Below, one piece after another: positions 44,198 through 54,115 of a stretch of DNA of 64,000 nucleotides. Both the position numbers and the translations under genes were made by a program. The stretch lies in the IMG/VR virus record IMGVR_UViG_3300038415_000126, positions 34,514 through 98,513 of that record, one strand, 5' to 3'. The notes under the pieces are model-generated. The model did no database searches, was not told the origin of the DNA, and saw only the letters and a program-made list of their open reading frames with translations. This stretch comes from a virus. How positions within the stretch are numbered: position 1 is the stretch's first letter; the number at the start of each line of letters is the position of its first letter.

Positions 44198-44805
44198 GTC
44201 TACCTGGTCTTGCCTTGGCGCATGCGCTCAGCTCGTTCTAGGTTGGGTTTGGTGGCTGGGAAGTAGCTGGGCATGAAGCGAAGAGCTCCCTTGCTGTAGC
44301 CGGCGATCTTGCCCGTAGTGCGGGACAAGGTCACACCGTTCTCAAGGCGGACCGTAGCGGCTGTAACCTCTATGACGACGTGTTCTCTGATCTCTCGAAC
44401 CAGAAAGCTCAGAAACTTGTCACCTATTTTTGCCCGATTGTATGCGTAAACGTCAGTTGCTTTCATGGCCCTACTGGATCACGGAGTTCTCTCACGAGAT
44501 CTACTACCCCGACCTCTTTGCTGTGGGGTTCGATGAGCTTTTTTTCGACTAGAGAGCCTAGTGCTAGAAGCACCGGGCGTTCTGGGGCTCCAAAGGTGGG
44601 ATCTCTGAAGAGTTGCATCAAGCTCTCATGACGTTGTGGACCTTTGGACAGGAGGATGAGTATCTTGGCTTCAAGGCGGTCATAATACAGGAGCTTGCCC
44701 TTGACGATTTTCAGTTCATCCTTGGTCTCTTGTTCGGTTGGCATCCGAGCAAAGTACCCCAATTTGATTGGAAAAGCGAGTGATTCGTAGTACGGTCCAG
44801 GGCCC

Positions 44806-45192
44806 ATGAGGACGAAGAAGCAGTACGTAGCGGCGATTCAGGAGCTGATGACCGGGGTCCCTCGGGCGTTGATAGAGGAAGTTCTGAAAGCTCAGGAGAG
44901 GGTGGTTCAAAGGGCGTTGAGCACTGGGCCGAAGGTGGGTCGAGTGATAACGGTACCTGGGGTAGTGACGATTTTTTCCACCCCCCAGCCTTGGCGGCCA
45001 GAACGTAGGGCTCGGAACCCGGCGACTGGTAAAATGATGGTGATACCGGCGAAGGCAGCTTCAGTGAAGTTGAAGACGAAAACTCCAGTTTCACTACGTC
45101 GAGCGGCGGGTGAGCGGATCATTGGTGACCCAGAACCAGAAGTTCTAAAGCCTCGAAGGCTATCGCGATATGAGAGGCCGCCGGTGATATGA
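44806..45192 (+). CDS. HU/IHF-family DNA-binding protein with tag RRLSRYERPPVI
   Basis: RRARNPATGKMMVIPAK beta-arm motif. Confidence 0.85.
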   Translation: MRTKKQYVAAIQELMTGVPRALIEEVLKAQERVVQRALSTGPKVGRVITVPGVVTIFSTPQPWRPERRARNPATGKMMVIPAKAASVKLKTKTPVSLRRAAGERIIGDPEPEVLKPRRLSRYERPPVI

Positions 45193-46635
45193 GCAACTTT
45201 AGGACTCCTGGATTAGAGGAAAAGGCCAAGAACTTGGTCAACAAGGTACGCTCACGACTAGTACAACTAGGTGTTGAGGTTGAAGATACATCTTGGGATG
45301 ACCATCATTTGTCGGTCAAGGGGTTCCCGAATTATGTATTGCGTGTCATCGAGGTGGGGGCTTATGGTAGAACCTACCCTAGCTTGCTCAATGCCAAGTT
45401 CAAAGGGCGTTGCATTAACGGCGTTACGGTACTGAGTAGTGACACTGTGGAGGTACCGGAGAGTGCACTAGTGGCTTCTTCTGAAGCTGAGAGACGGTTA
45501 GTTGATCGGTTGGCTCTGTTGGTCAAGGGGAGGTGTGATCACCTATCCACTTACTTGATGAGTATGAATCCTAGTTACCAGGAGCAAGCGGAGCATTTAC
45601 GGAAGGTGTTTTCTGATTATGCTGAGGGGATAACGGTTGGGTCTGGAGGACTTCGTTTGGTGCTTGATGATCTAACGTTGGGTGAGGTGACTACTCTTTT
45701 GAAACACCGGATTCGGATCAAGGGGCTGGTGACTTGAGATGTTGATCTTGAATGTAACGCTTCAGTGTTCAAACTGTGGTTCTGAGTTGGTAACAGAGAC
45801 TACGAATACGGATGGTATCGTCAAGGTGACTCCGTGTTCTTGTCGCGGGGATTGCCCCTTGTGTGGTTTTCTGGTTCAACTCTGTTCAGAAGTTCTTGGA
45901 TTCTATTCTCTTGTTGAATAGCTTGGGCGACGGAACTTTCGCCGGGGTTGACCTCATTCATGACCCGAGTGAGGAGTTCTTCAGTGGTGAGCCCTAGTCC
46001 AAGGTTACGTCGAATTGATTGGGCGACGAGGCTTGGGTTAACCAAGTGGTTCAAGAGTCCAGGTAGAGACCCACTCTCATCTCTTCTGACGAGGGATAGA
46101 AGAGGTCCAATCTCTTGTCGGAGGATGTTCTCGACACCCTCTATGGTGGCGCCTTGGGTGTGGGAGTACTCAGTAACCCGGGAGGTGATGACATCGCCAG
46201 CACGGGTCCACAGAGCAGCAGCTGTGGTTGTTCTTGGAAGGTGTTCCCTCACTTCCCCTAACCAAACCTGACTCCGTAGAATGGCCTGTCGTTCAAACCC
46301 ACACCCCTCTGGCTCAGTACGGTCAGGGATGAACAAGTCAGCATCCCTTCTTGGGAGTTCGAGATTTCGAATGGCAGCATTGTGGTCGAAGCCACCTATC
46401 AAAGAGCTGTTGATTCGGGTTAGCGCTTGGTCGCGGATGATGGCCTCGTGGTCTGATACCCATTGAGGTACTAGTTTTTCCGGTGGCGCGGGATTTGGTG
46501 GCGCAGGTGGGCTCTCCCTCCGGTATGGGCGGACCGTCTTCCAGTAGCGTTCATAGTCGTCGTCAGCCACGGACGGGAGACTACCACCGAGGATCGAAAA
46601 GATCACTTGTTTTCTATTGATGGGGTAGGACAAGT

Positions 46636-47304
46636 ATGTCTGATCCCATTGTTGAAGCGGTAGCGCTTCGGTACAAGAAGGCTGCCGAGAGCTGGCTCAC
46701 TGCAACCACTGATCAGTTACCCATTGAAGATGCAGAGGGGTACGTCAGAGAAGATGTAAAGCTAGCTCGCGGGTACAAGGCTAAGTGCGTGTACCTGGCT
46801 CAGATCTTCAGAAAACTGGCCGAACCACTCGAAGCTCCTCAGATCTCTGTCTACGCAGATCGAATAGAGAAACGAGTCCAGGAGTTAGACCAGCTCATGG
46901 TGCTAGTTCAATCGGGGGAAAAGCTGCTCAAGAAGACTCAGAGAGAATTCGACCAGCTTATCGAGGATCTTGCGGAGAAGGAGACTCAACGGGGTGGGAT
47001 CAAGGACGTTTATGGATTACCAGGTATTGAATCCATCCTCAAGATAGCCGATGAAGCTCGTAAAATTCAGGATCGTTTCACCAAGGAAGACGAGGACGGA
47101 CACATTGATTGGGTGTTGGAGGGGTATATTGGTCCCGAGTCTGGGGTTGGCAAAAAGATAGAGAAAAATGGGTCTAATCTCAGTGAGTGGTTCACAGACA
47201 AGTTCTCGGGTGTATACGCTCTCTATGGTTTCGTGAATTACCTCATCGATAGCAACTACATTCAAGAGCTGGTGGAGGAAGTTCGAGCCAGTAAGGATAC
47301 CTAG
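46636..47304 (+). CDS. Helical protein with N-terminal tag DPIVEAVALRY
   Basis: N-terminus; TCTAT-N18-ATG. Confidence 0.7.
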   Translation: MSDPIVEAVALRYKKAAESWLTATTDQLPIEDAEGYVREDVKLARGYKAKCVYLAQIFRKLAEPLEAPQISVYADRIEKRVQELDQLMVLVQSGEKLLKKTQREFDQLIEDLAEKETQRGGIKDVYGLPGIESILKIADEARKIQDRFTKEDEDGHIDWVLEGYIGPESGVGKKIEKNGSNLSEWFTDKFSGVYALYGFVNYLIDSNYIQELVEEVRASKDT

Positions 47305-48058
47305 ATAGGGGGATTTGGGGTATACCTAACGCATGACGGCCAAGTGCGATGTCTGTGCGATTCCCGAGGGCGAGACGGTTTGCGTCACTTGTGGTAATGG
47401 GCCCCAAGTCGAGATTGGGATGGTGCGGACGCTCTACGAGGTCGGGAGTGGGGGTCCACCGATACCTGGGTTCACGATGATAACGGGTATCCGGGAAGGC
47501 GTTCAAGTCGAGCCGGCTCCTTGTGGCAAGTGTGGTAGGATGACGATCAACCGTATCGAGAGTCCGGATGGGCAGATAGGTTGCTTGGACTGTCTGGGTC
47601 ACTTTATACTTGGCGGGGACCCGCTTCTCGGGGATCTAACGAGCGCACAAAGTGATATTGACAAGTATTAATCTGGATGGGCGTTTCAATTGGGGGCATA
47701 CTCCGGCAGGAGGTAGAGATTTGTTTGGAAGACTAGGATCGTTGTTGAACGATATATCCTCTGGGACCCCGTTGTGTCGTGACAGTGACCAGACGCTTGA
47801 AGCTCGTCATACGAGGTACCCAGATCCTGAGCCAGATCCGGAGCCGGTGAGAGAGCCAGCACCTCCGGATAACACCTGCACTACTTGCGGGGGTACAGGT
47901 AGAGTTGGAGGCGAGAGATCCTGCACGACTATTGGTGGGGCTTGTCCAAGTTGCAGTGGTACAGGAAAGACAGACTGACCTACTCGGTAAGCAAGCCCAC
48001 GTTGGATTTCCACCCCATGGGCCTAACCTCGGGCGATATCGCCCGAGGTTTGTGGGGC

Positions 48059-48298
48059 TTAACCAAAGGTACGGGCGATCTCTTCCCGTACAATGGTCCG
48101 TAGAGTACCGTTGTCCTCTGGGGGTGGTTGGTTGCGCCAGAGTCGATCAATCTCGCTAGTCAGGACAGTGGCCAGGAATTCGGACAAGGTCTGCTGACTG
48201 GAGTTGGCTAGGGTCTTGGCCATCATGTTGATGTCACGTGTAACCCTAGTGTTCACATAAGTCATGGGTACTTCTATCTTTTTTAGCTTCCTTTGCAT
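48059..48298 (-). CDS. RHH-like regulator
   Basis: YVNTRVTRDINMMAKTLA...TLSEFLATVL. Confidence 0.6.
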   Translation of the reverse strand: MQRKLKKIEVPMTYVNTRVTRDINMMAKTLANSSQQTLSEFLATVLTSEIDRLWRNQPPPEDNGTLRTIVREEIARTFG

Positions 48299-48627
48299 GG
48301 GGAGCCTCCTTGAAGTACATCTTGGGCCGGTTTTTGGCGGGTGTCCAGGGTCTCTACCAAAGATTTTCGAATGAATTCCTATAATTAGGACATGATTATC
48401 AGTAGTCTAATTCGGACTGATGATAATGTCTGATCTAAATCTTGAACTTCATTCCTTTTCTGGTGTAGGGAGTCATTAGCCGACGGCTTAGCGGTCGATA
48501 GTCCAGGGGTTGTTGTTCGAACCTTCACCCTGGTGAGGTGTCAAGCTTCCGTGTTCGGTGGGGATATAAGGCCAGAAGTCCGGTAAAAGCCGGGGACTGG
48601 CCTTTTCCTTTTCCACAGGGTAAAACC

Positions 48628-48954
48628 TCATGAGGCGTTAGGAATGACCTGGGTGAAGCGTATCTTGCCTTCCCCAATGAAGTGGGGGTCGAGGATCACC
48701 CTAATATGCTCTGCCTTTGGGACGTCGAAGCTGGTCAAGAACTCCGGGCCATCGTCAACCTGCTTGATTACGTATCTCTGGATATGCAGCCGATCCATCA
48801 TGTCCCTGAGCTTGTCGACGTCGGTGAAGCAAGGCAGGTACAAGTAGTTGGACTCAGGCATTCTCAGGTAGTGGGGTTGGGAACCGTCCCATGGGAAGAC
48901 GGTACCCGTGAGGCTGACTGATTTCAGAGGAGTTCCTACTTGATGCGGTTCCAT
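48628..48954 (-). CDS. SseB-like domain protein
   Basis: YLPCFTD..KL...VILDP pattern. Confidence 0.45.
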   Translation of the reverse strand: MEPHQVGTPLKSVSLTGTVFPWDGSQPHYLRMPESNYLYLPCFTDVDKLRDMMDRLHIQRYVIKQVDDGPEFLTSFDVPKAEHIRVILDPHFIGEGKIRFTQVIPNAS

Positions 48955-49042
48955 ATTATGCTGTGGCTACTTTATTGTGTTACATCAAGCCGAGGAGTTC
49001 CGGATTTCTGCCCTGAGTTAGGTGTAATAGCACCCATCCGGC

Positions 49043-49453
49043 ATGAAAGAAAGATGGTACGATCGGGAGACGAGACGCTTTGGTAAGAACCCGTTAGATA
49101 TCATACGCGGGTATCGAAAAGCATTTGTTGTTTCGTTGGTTGGGAGTAGGTGCTTGTTCTGTGGGTATAACCGGTGCTCGAACAACTTAGTGTTTCATCA
49201 CATCGATGCTTCCAGCAAGTCCTCTTCGTTAGCTATCAAGCATTTCCAAAAGAGGCTTGAGGAGTTGCTCCCTGAGATTCAGAAGTGTGTTATTTGCTGC
49301 CATAATTGTCATGGAGAGATACATGCGGGGCTACTTATAGGGGTAGACGAAAAGTATCAAGTTTTCTTAGAGGCTATCAGGGTACTCGCTGGGAAGAGGT
49401 GGGAGGACTTTGAGTTAGGCTGGAGGAACGTGAAGGCTATGGTTGTGACTTAG
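49043..49453 (+). CDS. HNH endonuclease
   Basis: CLFCGY...FHHID...KCVICCHNCHGEIH. Confidence 0.88.
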   Translation: MKERWYDRETRRFGKNPLDIIRGYRKAFVVSLVGSRCLFCGYNRCSNNLVFHHIDASSKSSSLAIKHFQKRLEELLPEIQKCVICCHNCHGEIHAGLLIGVDEKYQVFLEAIRVLAGKRWEDFELGWRNVKAMVVT

Positions 49454-49544
49454 ACTTTCCGGTTCTTGATCACGGTTCGGGTCCATTCCCAAACACCAGG
49501 GCTGCAAGCATCTCGACTATTGTCCGAGTATCGTAGGGGGGTGG

Positions 49545-50597
49545 TCATGGGTCACCCCAGAATTCTGGTGCGAGTAGCCGGCGACGAGTGGGAAGCGACT
49601 TCACGTGCATCCCCTTACGCACTTTTTCTCGGTCAAGTCTACGTTTTTCTTCTTTGCTGATCTCTTTTTCTTTAGCCCTAGCAAGCCTACGAGCTATCCC
49701 GGCCTCTTCCTTTTCGGCCCTCCTCTTGGCTTTTGCCAGTAACTCAGCTCTTCGCCTCTCCAGCGCGGCCCTCTTCTGTTGTTCTGCGTGGGCTTTGAGT
49801 TCTCGGATCACCTCTTGCTGTTGTTCCCACTTCCATTGGAGGTAGCTATCTCGGTAGGCTTTCTTGGCCTCCTCAATATCCTTCTTGGTGGTGAGTTTGA
49901 GGGACTTCAGCTTCAGCAGTTTGATTCTACGGTCGAGGAGTCCTGGGTCTTTGGTTTCATTCTTCCAGGTACCCATCCAATTGGTAGGGCAGCAATGGGC
50001 TCCGGTGTTCTTGCAGGATTCGCAGATGCGGGTAAGGCAGCGGACGCAACCACAGCCCTTCGTGAATGGGGTCTCACAGTGGTAACAGATCCATCCGGCA
50101 ACGCCCTTTAGCTGGACAAGCCACTGATCTTGCTGTGGGTAATCTGGGTTGACGCTACCTGGTTCCGTTTCATAGGTGCAACAGGGCAGTGAGAACGAAT
50201 CAACCTGAAAGGTATCGAGGTCGAGGGTAGACTCATAGTTGATCCTCTCGTAGTAGTGACCTGGGTAGAGACTTCCGGTCTTTTTGAACCACTTAGCGAG
50301 TAGCGAGGTACGGGACCGCCCAGCTTGGATGCTACTCTCGACGTGTTGGGCATAGAGCCCTCGACGTAGTTCCTGCAGACATCTCTCACAGCAAGTATCT
50401 TGGTCGAGCTTGATTGCACGGACCAGATTAGCCACTGTGCGGTAGGCGCGGCCTCCACAGTCGCAGAGGACTTCCCATTGTCGATAGTGCTGAGAGCCCT
50501 CGATAGAGTCACGAGGTTCCACCTCGGTGACGAGTTCAACGGAGCCTACTCGCAATCCTGGATACAGCTGGGTGCTAGATTGGGGGTCCACCGTCAA
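49545..50597 (-). CDS. Cys-rich zinc-finger protein with basic coiled-coil tail
   Basis: W...CDCG N-terminus and multiple CxxC. Confidence 0.65.
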   Translation of the reverse strand: MTVDPQSSTQLYPGLRVGSVELVTEVEPRDSIEGSQHYRQWEVLCDCGGRAYRTVANLVRAIKLDQDTCCERCLQELRRGLYAQHVESSIQAGRSRTSLLAKWFKKTGSLYPGHYYERINYESTLDLDTFQVDSFSLPCCTYETEPGSVNPDYPQQDQWLVQLKGVAGWICYHCETPFTKGCGCVRCLTRICESCKNTGAHCCPTNWMGTWKNETKDPGLLDRRIKLLKLKSLKLTTKKDIEEAKKAYRDSYLQWKWEQQQEVIRELKAHAEQQKRAALERRRAELLAKAKRRAEKEEAGIARRLARAKEKEISKEEKRRLDREKVRKGMHVKSLPTRRRLLAPEFWGDP

Positions 50598-51337
50598 GCT
50601 TGGTCCTTGGGGGAGTCCGTCTCAGTGGCAGTGAGAGCGACCGGCTTCCCAAGGAGGATGTCTCGGATCGCCCCCTCCAAAGCTTCGTACCCGCGCGACA
50701 GGTTAACCTTCTCATCATCGGTGAAGTCGCGTCCTAGGAGTCGCTGACACCCCTTGCGGGCAAGGTTGGCTAGGTTGGTCAGTAGCTCTTCGACTTCTTG
50801 TTCAGGCATGGGCTTGGGTATTCTGGTTACAACACTGTCAACGTCACAGTCACAGTGACGGAGAGGGACATTGGCGCAGCAATCACTGATCATTACCCCA
50901 CACCTTAGCTCAATACCCAATGAATTTGCAAGTATCAAGATCTTACCGGAAAGTTCGTGCACTGTCTGGAACTTTACGGTACTAGTAGCCGGCGGTGAAA
51001 CAGTACCTCCTGGCCCTCCTCCTGGTGTCTTGCACGCCACATGTGACGTTCCAGAACAGGTCACCGGTTGTCTCATCCGGTAAGTTCTCGTGTTACAACG
51101 GTAATTGCTGCTGGCCGTACCTGCATCACTCCGAGGTGAAGGATCACCACTTCATGCTCTGCACGCATGAAACCCTCCGACCCGATGGTTGGCATAGCGC
51201 TGATTTGTCGCTCAAGACCTACTTTCTTCAACCATAATCGTCTCCCCTAGTATGGATTCCCAGACACTGAAGCATACTTTACAGGGTAATACCTGGGATT
51301 AAGGTGTGACACAAATCGATTTGTCAAGAAAAAAGAT

Positions 51338-51367
51338 GTTGAGATCGGGTACCGGTGGCGCGTAATA
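51338..51367 (+). promoter_or_regulatory. Class I promoter-like motif
   Basis: In-frame ATG 51374 lies 6 nt downstream. Confidence 0.8.
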
Positions 51368-51864
51368 ATGGGCATGGACAGTCAAACCCAGAATATAAAT
51401 GAACAGAACGAACACTCATCCGTACGCCTTGCTGAGGTTATGGTATCGTCAACACCTACGGTACCACCCCCACCTGAAGGCTACTTGTTAGCTCAGGCCG
51501 AGCTTGAACTTCAGCGAGCCAAAGATTCCTTGTTGGTTCGAGCTGAGAAAGCACGGGCACAAGGGGATGTGGTCATCACGGTGCAAGAGAACCCCGAGCT
51601 AATTGAGAGTATCGCAAAGGAGATCGGTATCGACTCTCTCCGGATTACCGTACAAATGGCAGTGATCAACGGCGCTCTTATTCAAGCAGTCTTCGTTGAC
51701 GGTCGGGTTCGACCTGACCGAGCAGCCCGGATAGCTCTCAATAGGCTTAATTGGTCTGGACCCACCTTTGGGAAGATAAGCCTCGAACTCGTCCTGGGGA
51801 TGCACGAGTAACGTATTCGTGGTAGTACTCTTGCAGAATATCAGGGGATACTCTGCTGGACACC

Positions 51865-52173
51865 ATGAGATATCTTTGGCTCGACGACGTACGAAACCCT
51901 CCGGGACCCGATTGGGTCTGGGTGAAGACATCCCTGGATGCCATCAAGGCGCTCCGCGCGGATCACTTCGAGGTCATCTCTCTTGACCATGACCTGGGAG
52001 AGGATGCCGGGACCGGATACGAGGTCCTCCAATACATCGAGGCGGAAGTGGCCAGGAATTCCGAGTACCGTCCGCCGGAGGAGATGATCGTCCACTCGGC
52101 CAACACCGTGGCGCGGGCGAGGATGATTCAGACTGTCGCGAGTATCCAGAGGCTTTTGGATAATAGGAGTTGA
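51865..52173 (+). CDS. Cyclic-phosphate processing receiver (cREC) domain protein
   Basis: LWLDDVR.PP...ISLDHDLGE..GTGY...VHSAN. Confidence 0.85.
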   Translation: MRYLWLDDVRNPPGPDWVWVKTSLDAIKALRADHFEVISLDHDLGEDAGTGYEVLQYIEAEVARNSEYRPPEEMIVHSANTVARARMIQTVASIQRLLDNRS

Positions 52174-52781
52174 CAACTACTTGTACCTCTCATACTTTCG
52201 GTGAGGACGTCACTGAAAGACGAGGAAAGTACATGCAAAGTAAAGAGATCACCGAGACTAACACCAGACATAGAGTATACGGGCGGGGAAAGGGGTTCCC
52301 GAGGATGTACAACGGACATCCTTGCGTACTAGACGCCATCCGAATCATCCTCTCTGGTGGGACCACGAAGGCCAAGGACATTGCTACAGGGTTGCAGGGG
52401 ATGGGTTGCATACCAGGATCTATCCGAGATCCTCTCCACTACGTTTGCAACATCCTGAGCACCAGCGCCAAGAAGGGGTTCATCCGGCGCGAGAAGGTTG
52501 GTTTCTATCAGCTCAGGCCAGGAGACACGAAGCCCGTGCACTGGTTCACGAAGAACCATCACAACCTGAATACGGAGAACGCCATTGTCGTCACCAAGGG
52601 CCCAGCAGTACGAGCGGTGAAGAAGCATCGGTCACCGCCCGCGATTAGAATTGAGGGTACCAACGGGCAGAGCCAGTCTGCTCGACGGCTCCGTGGTAAG
52701 CTCGACTTCTGCTGGCCAGGAACTGAGCGACCCCTCTTCACAGTAAAGTTCGAGATCTACCCGTCTGACCAGTCATTGTGA
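52170..52781 (+). CDS. Winged-helix DNA-binding protein
   Basis: LDAIRIIL...AKDIA..L...YV..ILS...F.R.K.G.Y.L. Confidence 0.55.
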   Translation: MTTTCTSHTFGEDVTERRGKYMQSKEITETNTRHRVYGRGKGFPRMYNGHPCVLDAIRIILSGGTTKAKDIATGLQGMGCIPGSIRDPLHYVCNILSTSAKKGFIRREKVGFYQLRPGDTKPVHWFTKNHHNLNTENAIVVTKGPAVRAVKKHRSPPAIRIEGTNGQSQSARRLRGKLDFCWPGTERPLFTVKFEIYPSDQSL

Positions 52782-53223
52782 CCGAGGGTAGCGCTTGTCT
52801 CGTGTGCTTGAGCTTGGCCATTGGGCTGCAGATTTGTGGTCACTACTTTAACGTGGTGTCAGCCAAGCACACGATGTGGCGATAATTCAGGCATTTACAC
52901 CGGAGTCAATCCAGGGTAATCTGGATTGGCAATGGAGAGTCCAAAGGTACTTACATATTGCTCATTCTCTCGTGGTAGCCAGTGGCTCGGGCTTATCCTT
53001 TTGGAGGGTGAGTTGAATCAGGAGGGGGCGACCCACGAGCTTGTCAGAAGGTTCGAGGGGCTCCGGGGTTTGGGGCTGAAGGTGTCGGTCCGACGAGAAG
53101 ATGAGGTCAAGGCCGGGATCTTCAAACTGATGTGGGATAATCGTGGTCGATGGATCTCGGCCGCCGATGCTCGCACGCTGTTCTTGATGGAATCAAGACC
53201 AACTCGTCAGGAGAGTGTGGAGA

Positions 53224-53449
53224 TCAGATGATGTCTCGCGCGAGCACCTTGTCGTAGCGAGTCACGTGCTTGAACTTGGGGCAAGGCGGCCCCCCCTAGC
53301 GGGTACAAGATCAGCTTGGCCCCATTGTACTGACCCCCGACAGACATCCCTTGGGAACAATCCCCCAACCATCGCTCATAGTCCGTACCGCGCGAGTCCG
53401 TTTTTGGACAGTGAGTGCACAGGTTGCAGTTGTGGACTCGACGGGACAC
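53224..53449 (-). pseudogene. Family B protein with frameshift in a G7 run hiding the variant tag VTRYDKVLARDII
   Basis: Removing one base from C7 at 53290-53296 gives ...GGPPCPKFKHVTRYDKVLARDII*. Confidence 0.7.
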
Positions 53450-53450
53450 T

Positions 53451-53696
53451 TCAGATGATACCCCGCCCCATGATCTTCGTGTACCGATTCACTACGGGAG
53501 GTGGAGGGTCGACTATCTCTTCGTACATTGGACAGTCCTCGATTGTACCATCTGGGGTGAGAATCAAGTAAGCATCGAACATCACGTGGGTGTGGCAGCT
53601 TACCTTGATTCCCTTACCGCAAGTTCCAACCCACTTAGGGCTAATGGCCTCAGGTGAGCCCCAAGGGTGGTACTTGCAGCTGTTGCAAACTGTCAC
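53451..53696 (-). CDS. Family B protein with variant tag VNRYTKIMGRGII
   Basis: CNSC...WVGTCGKG...C. Confidence 0.7.
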   Translation of the reverse strand: MTVCNSCKYHPWGSPEAISPKWVGTCGKGIKVSCHTHVMFDAYLILTPDGTIEDCPMYEEIVDPPPPVVNRYTKIMGRGII

Positions 53697-54115
53697 TTGG
53701 TTACCATGGAGTCCGGAACCCAATCGGATGGGTCAATGATAGGGGCCACAATCTTGTGGTACAAGTCGAGCATCTCATCTTCCAAGGGGATCCTCAATAC
53801 CATAAATTCTTGGGATAAGCGAAATCGAGAGGCCATCGAGTTCCGCATGAGCGCCCAGAACTCATCCATCGAGTTCCTCAGGTTCAGTTTCGCCAGGTAC
53901 CCGGCTGACTGGTACTGGTACAGGTCATCCTTCAGGGCTTCGATAAGTGGGTAGTCATCCTTGGGTAGTCCACTGGGGAGCTCGGCTTCGCTGACGATGC
54001 GTACTTGAACCCAGGCTAACTCTGGACACCACATGGATATTCCGATGGGGTACCATTCAGCGACGTCCTTATGCCGGATCGAGAAGACTGAGTACTTGGC
54101 TGGCATCGAGTCCAA
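53693..54115 (-). CDS. DUF3037-like protein
   Basis: YSVF......E...IGI..W...L..LY..IV.P pattern. Confidence 0.5.
   Translation of the reverse strand: MDSMPAKYSVFSIRHKDVAEWYPIGISMWCPELAWVQVRIVSEAELPSGLPKDDYPLIEALKDDLYQYQSAGYLAKLNLRNSMDEFWALMRNSMASRFRLSQEFMVLRIPLEDEMLDLYHKIVAPIIDPSDWVPDSMVTK

Noticed and set aside
49425-49498. tRNA gene ending in ACCA
   Set aside because: The T loop is GTTCGGG rather than GTTCRA, and I could not build a cloverleaf
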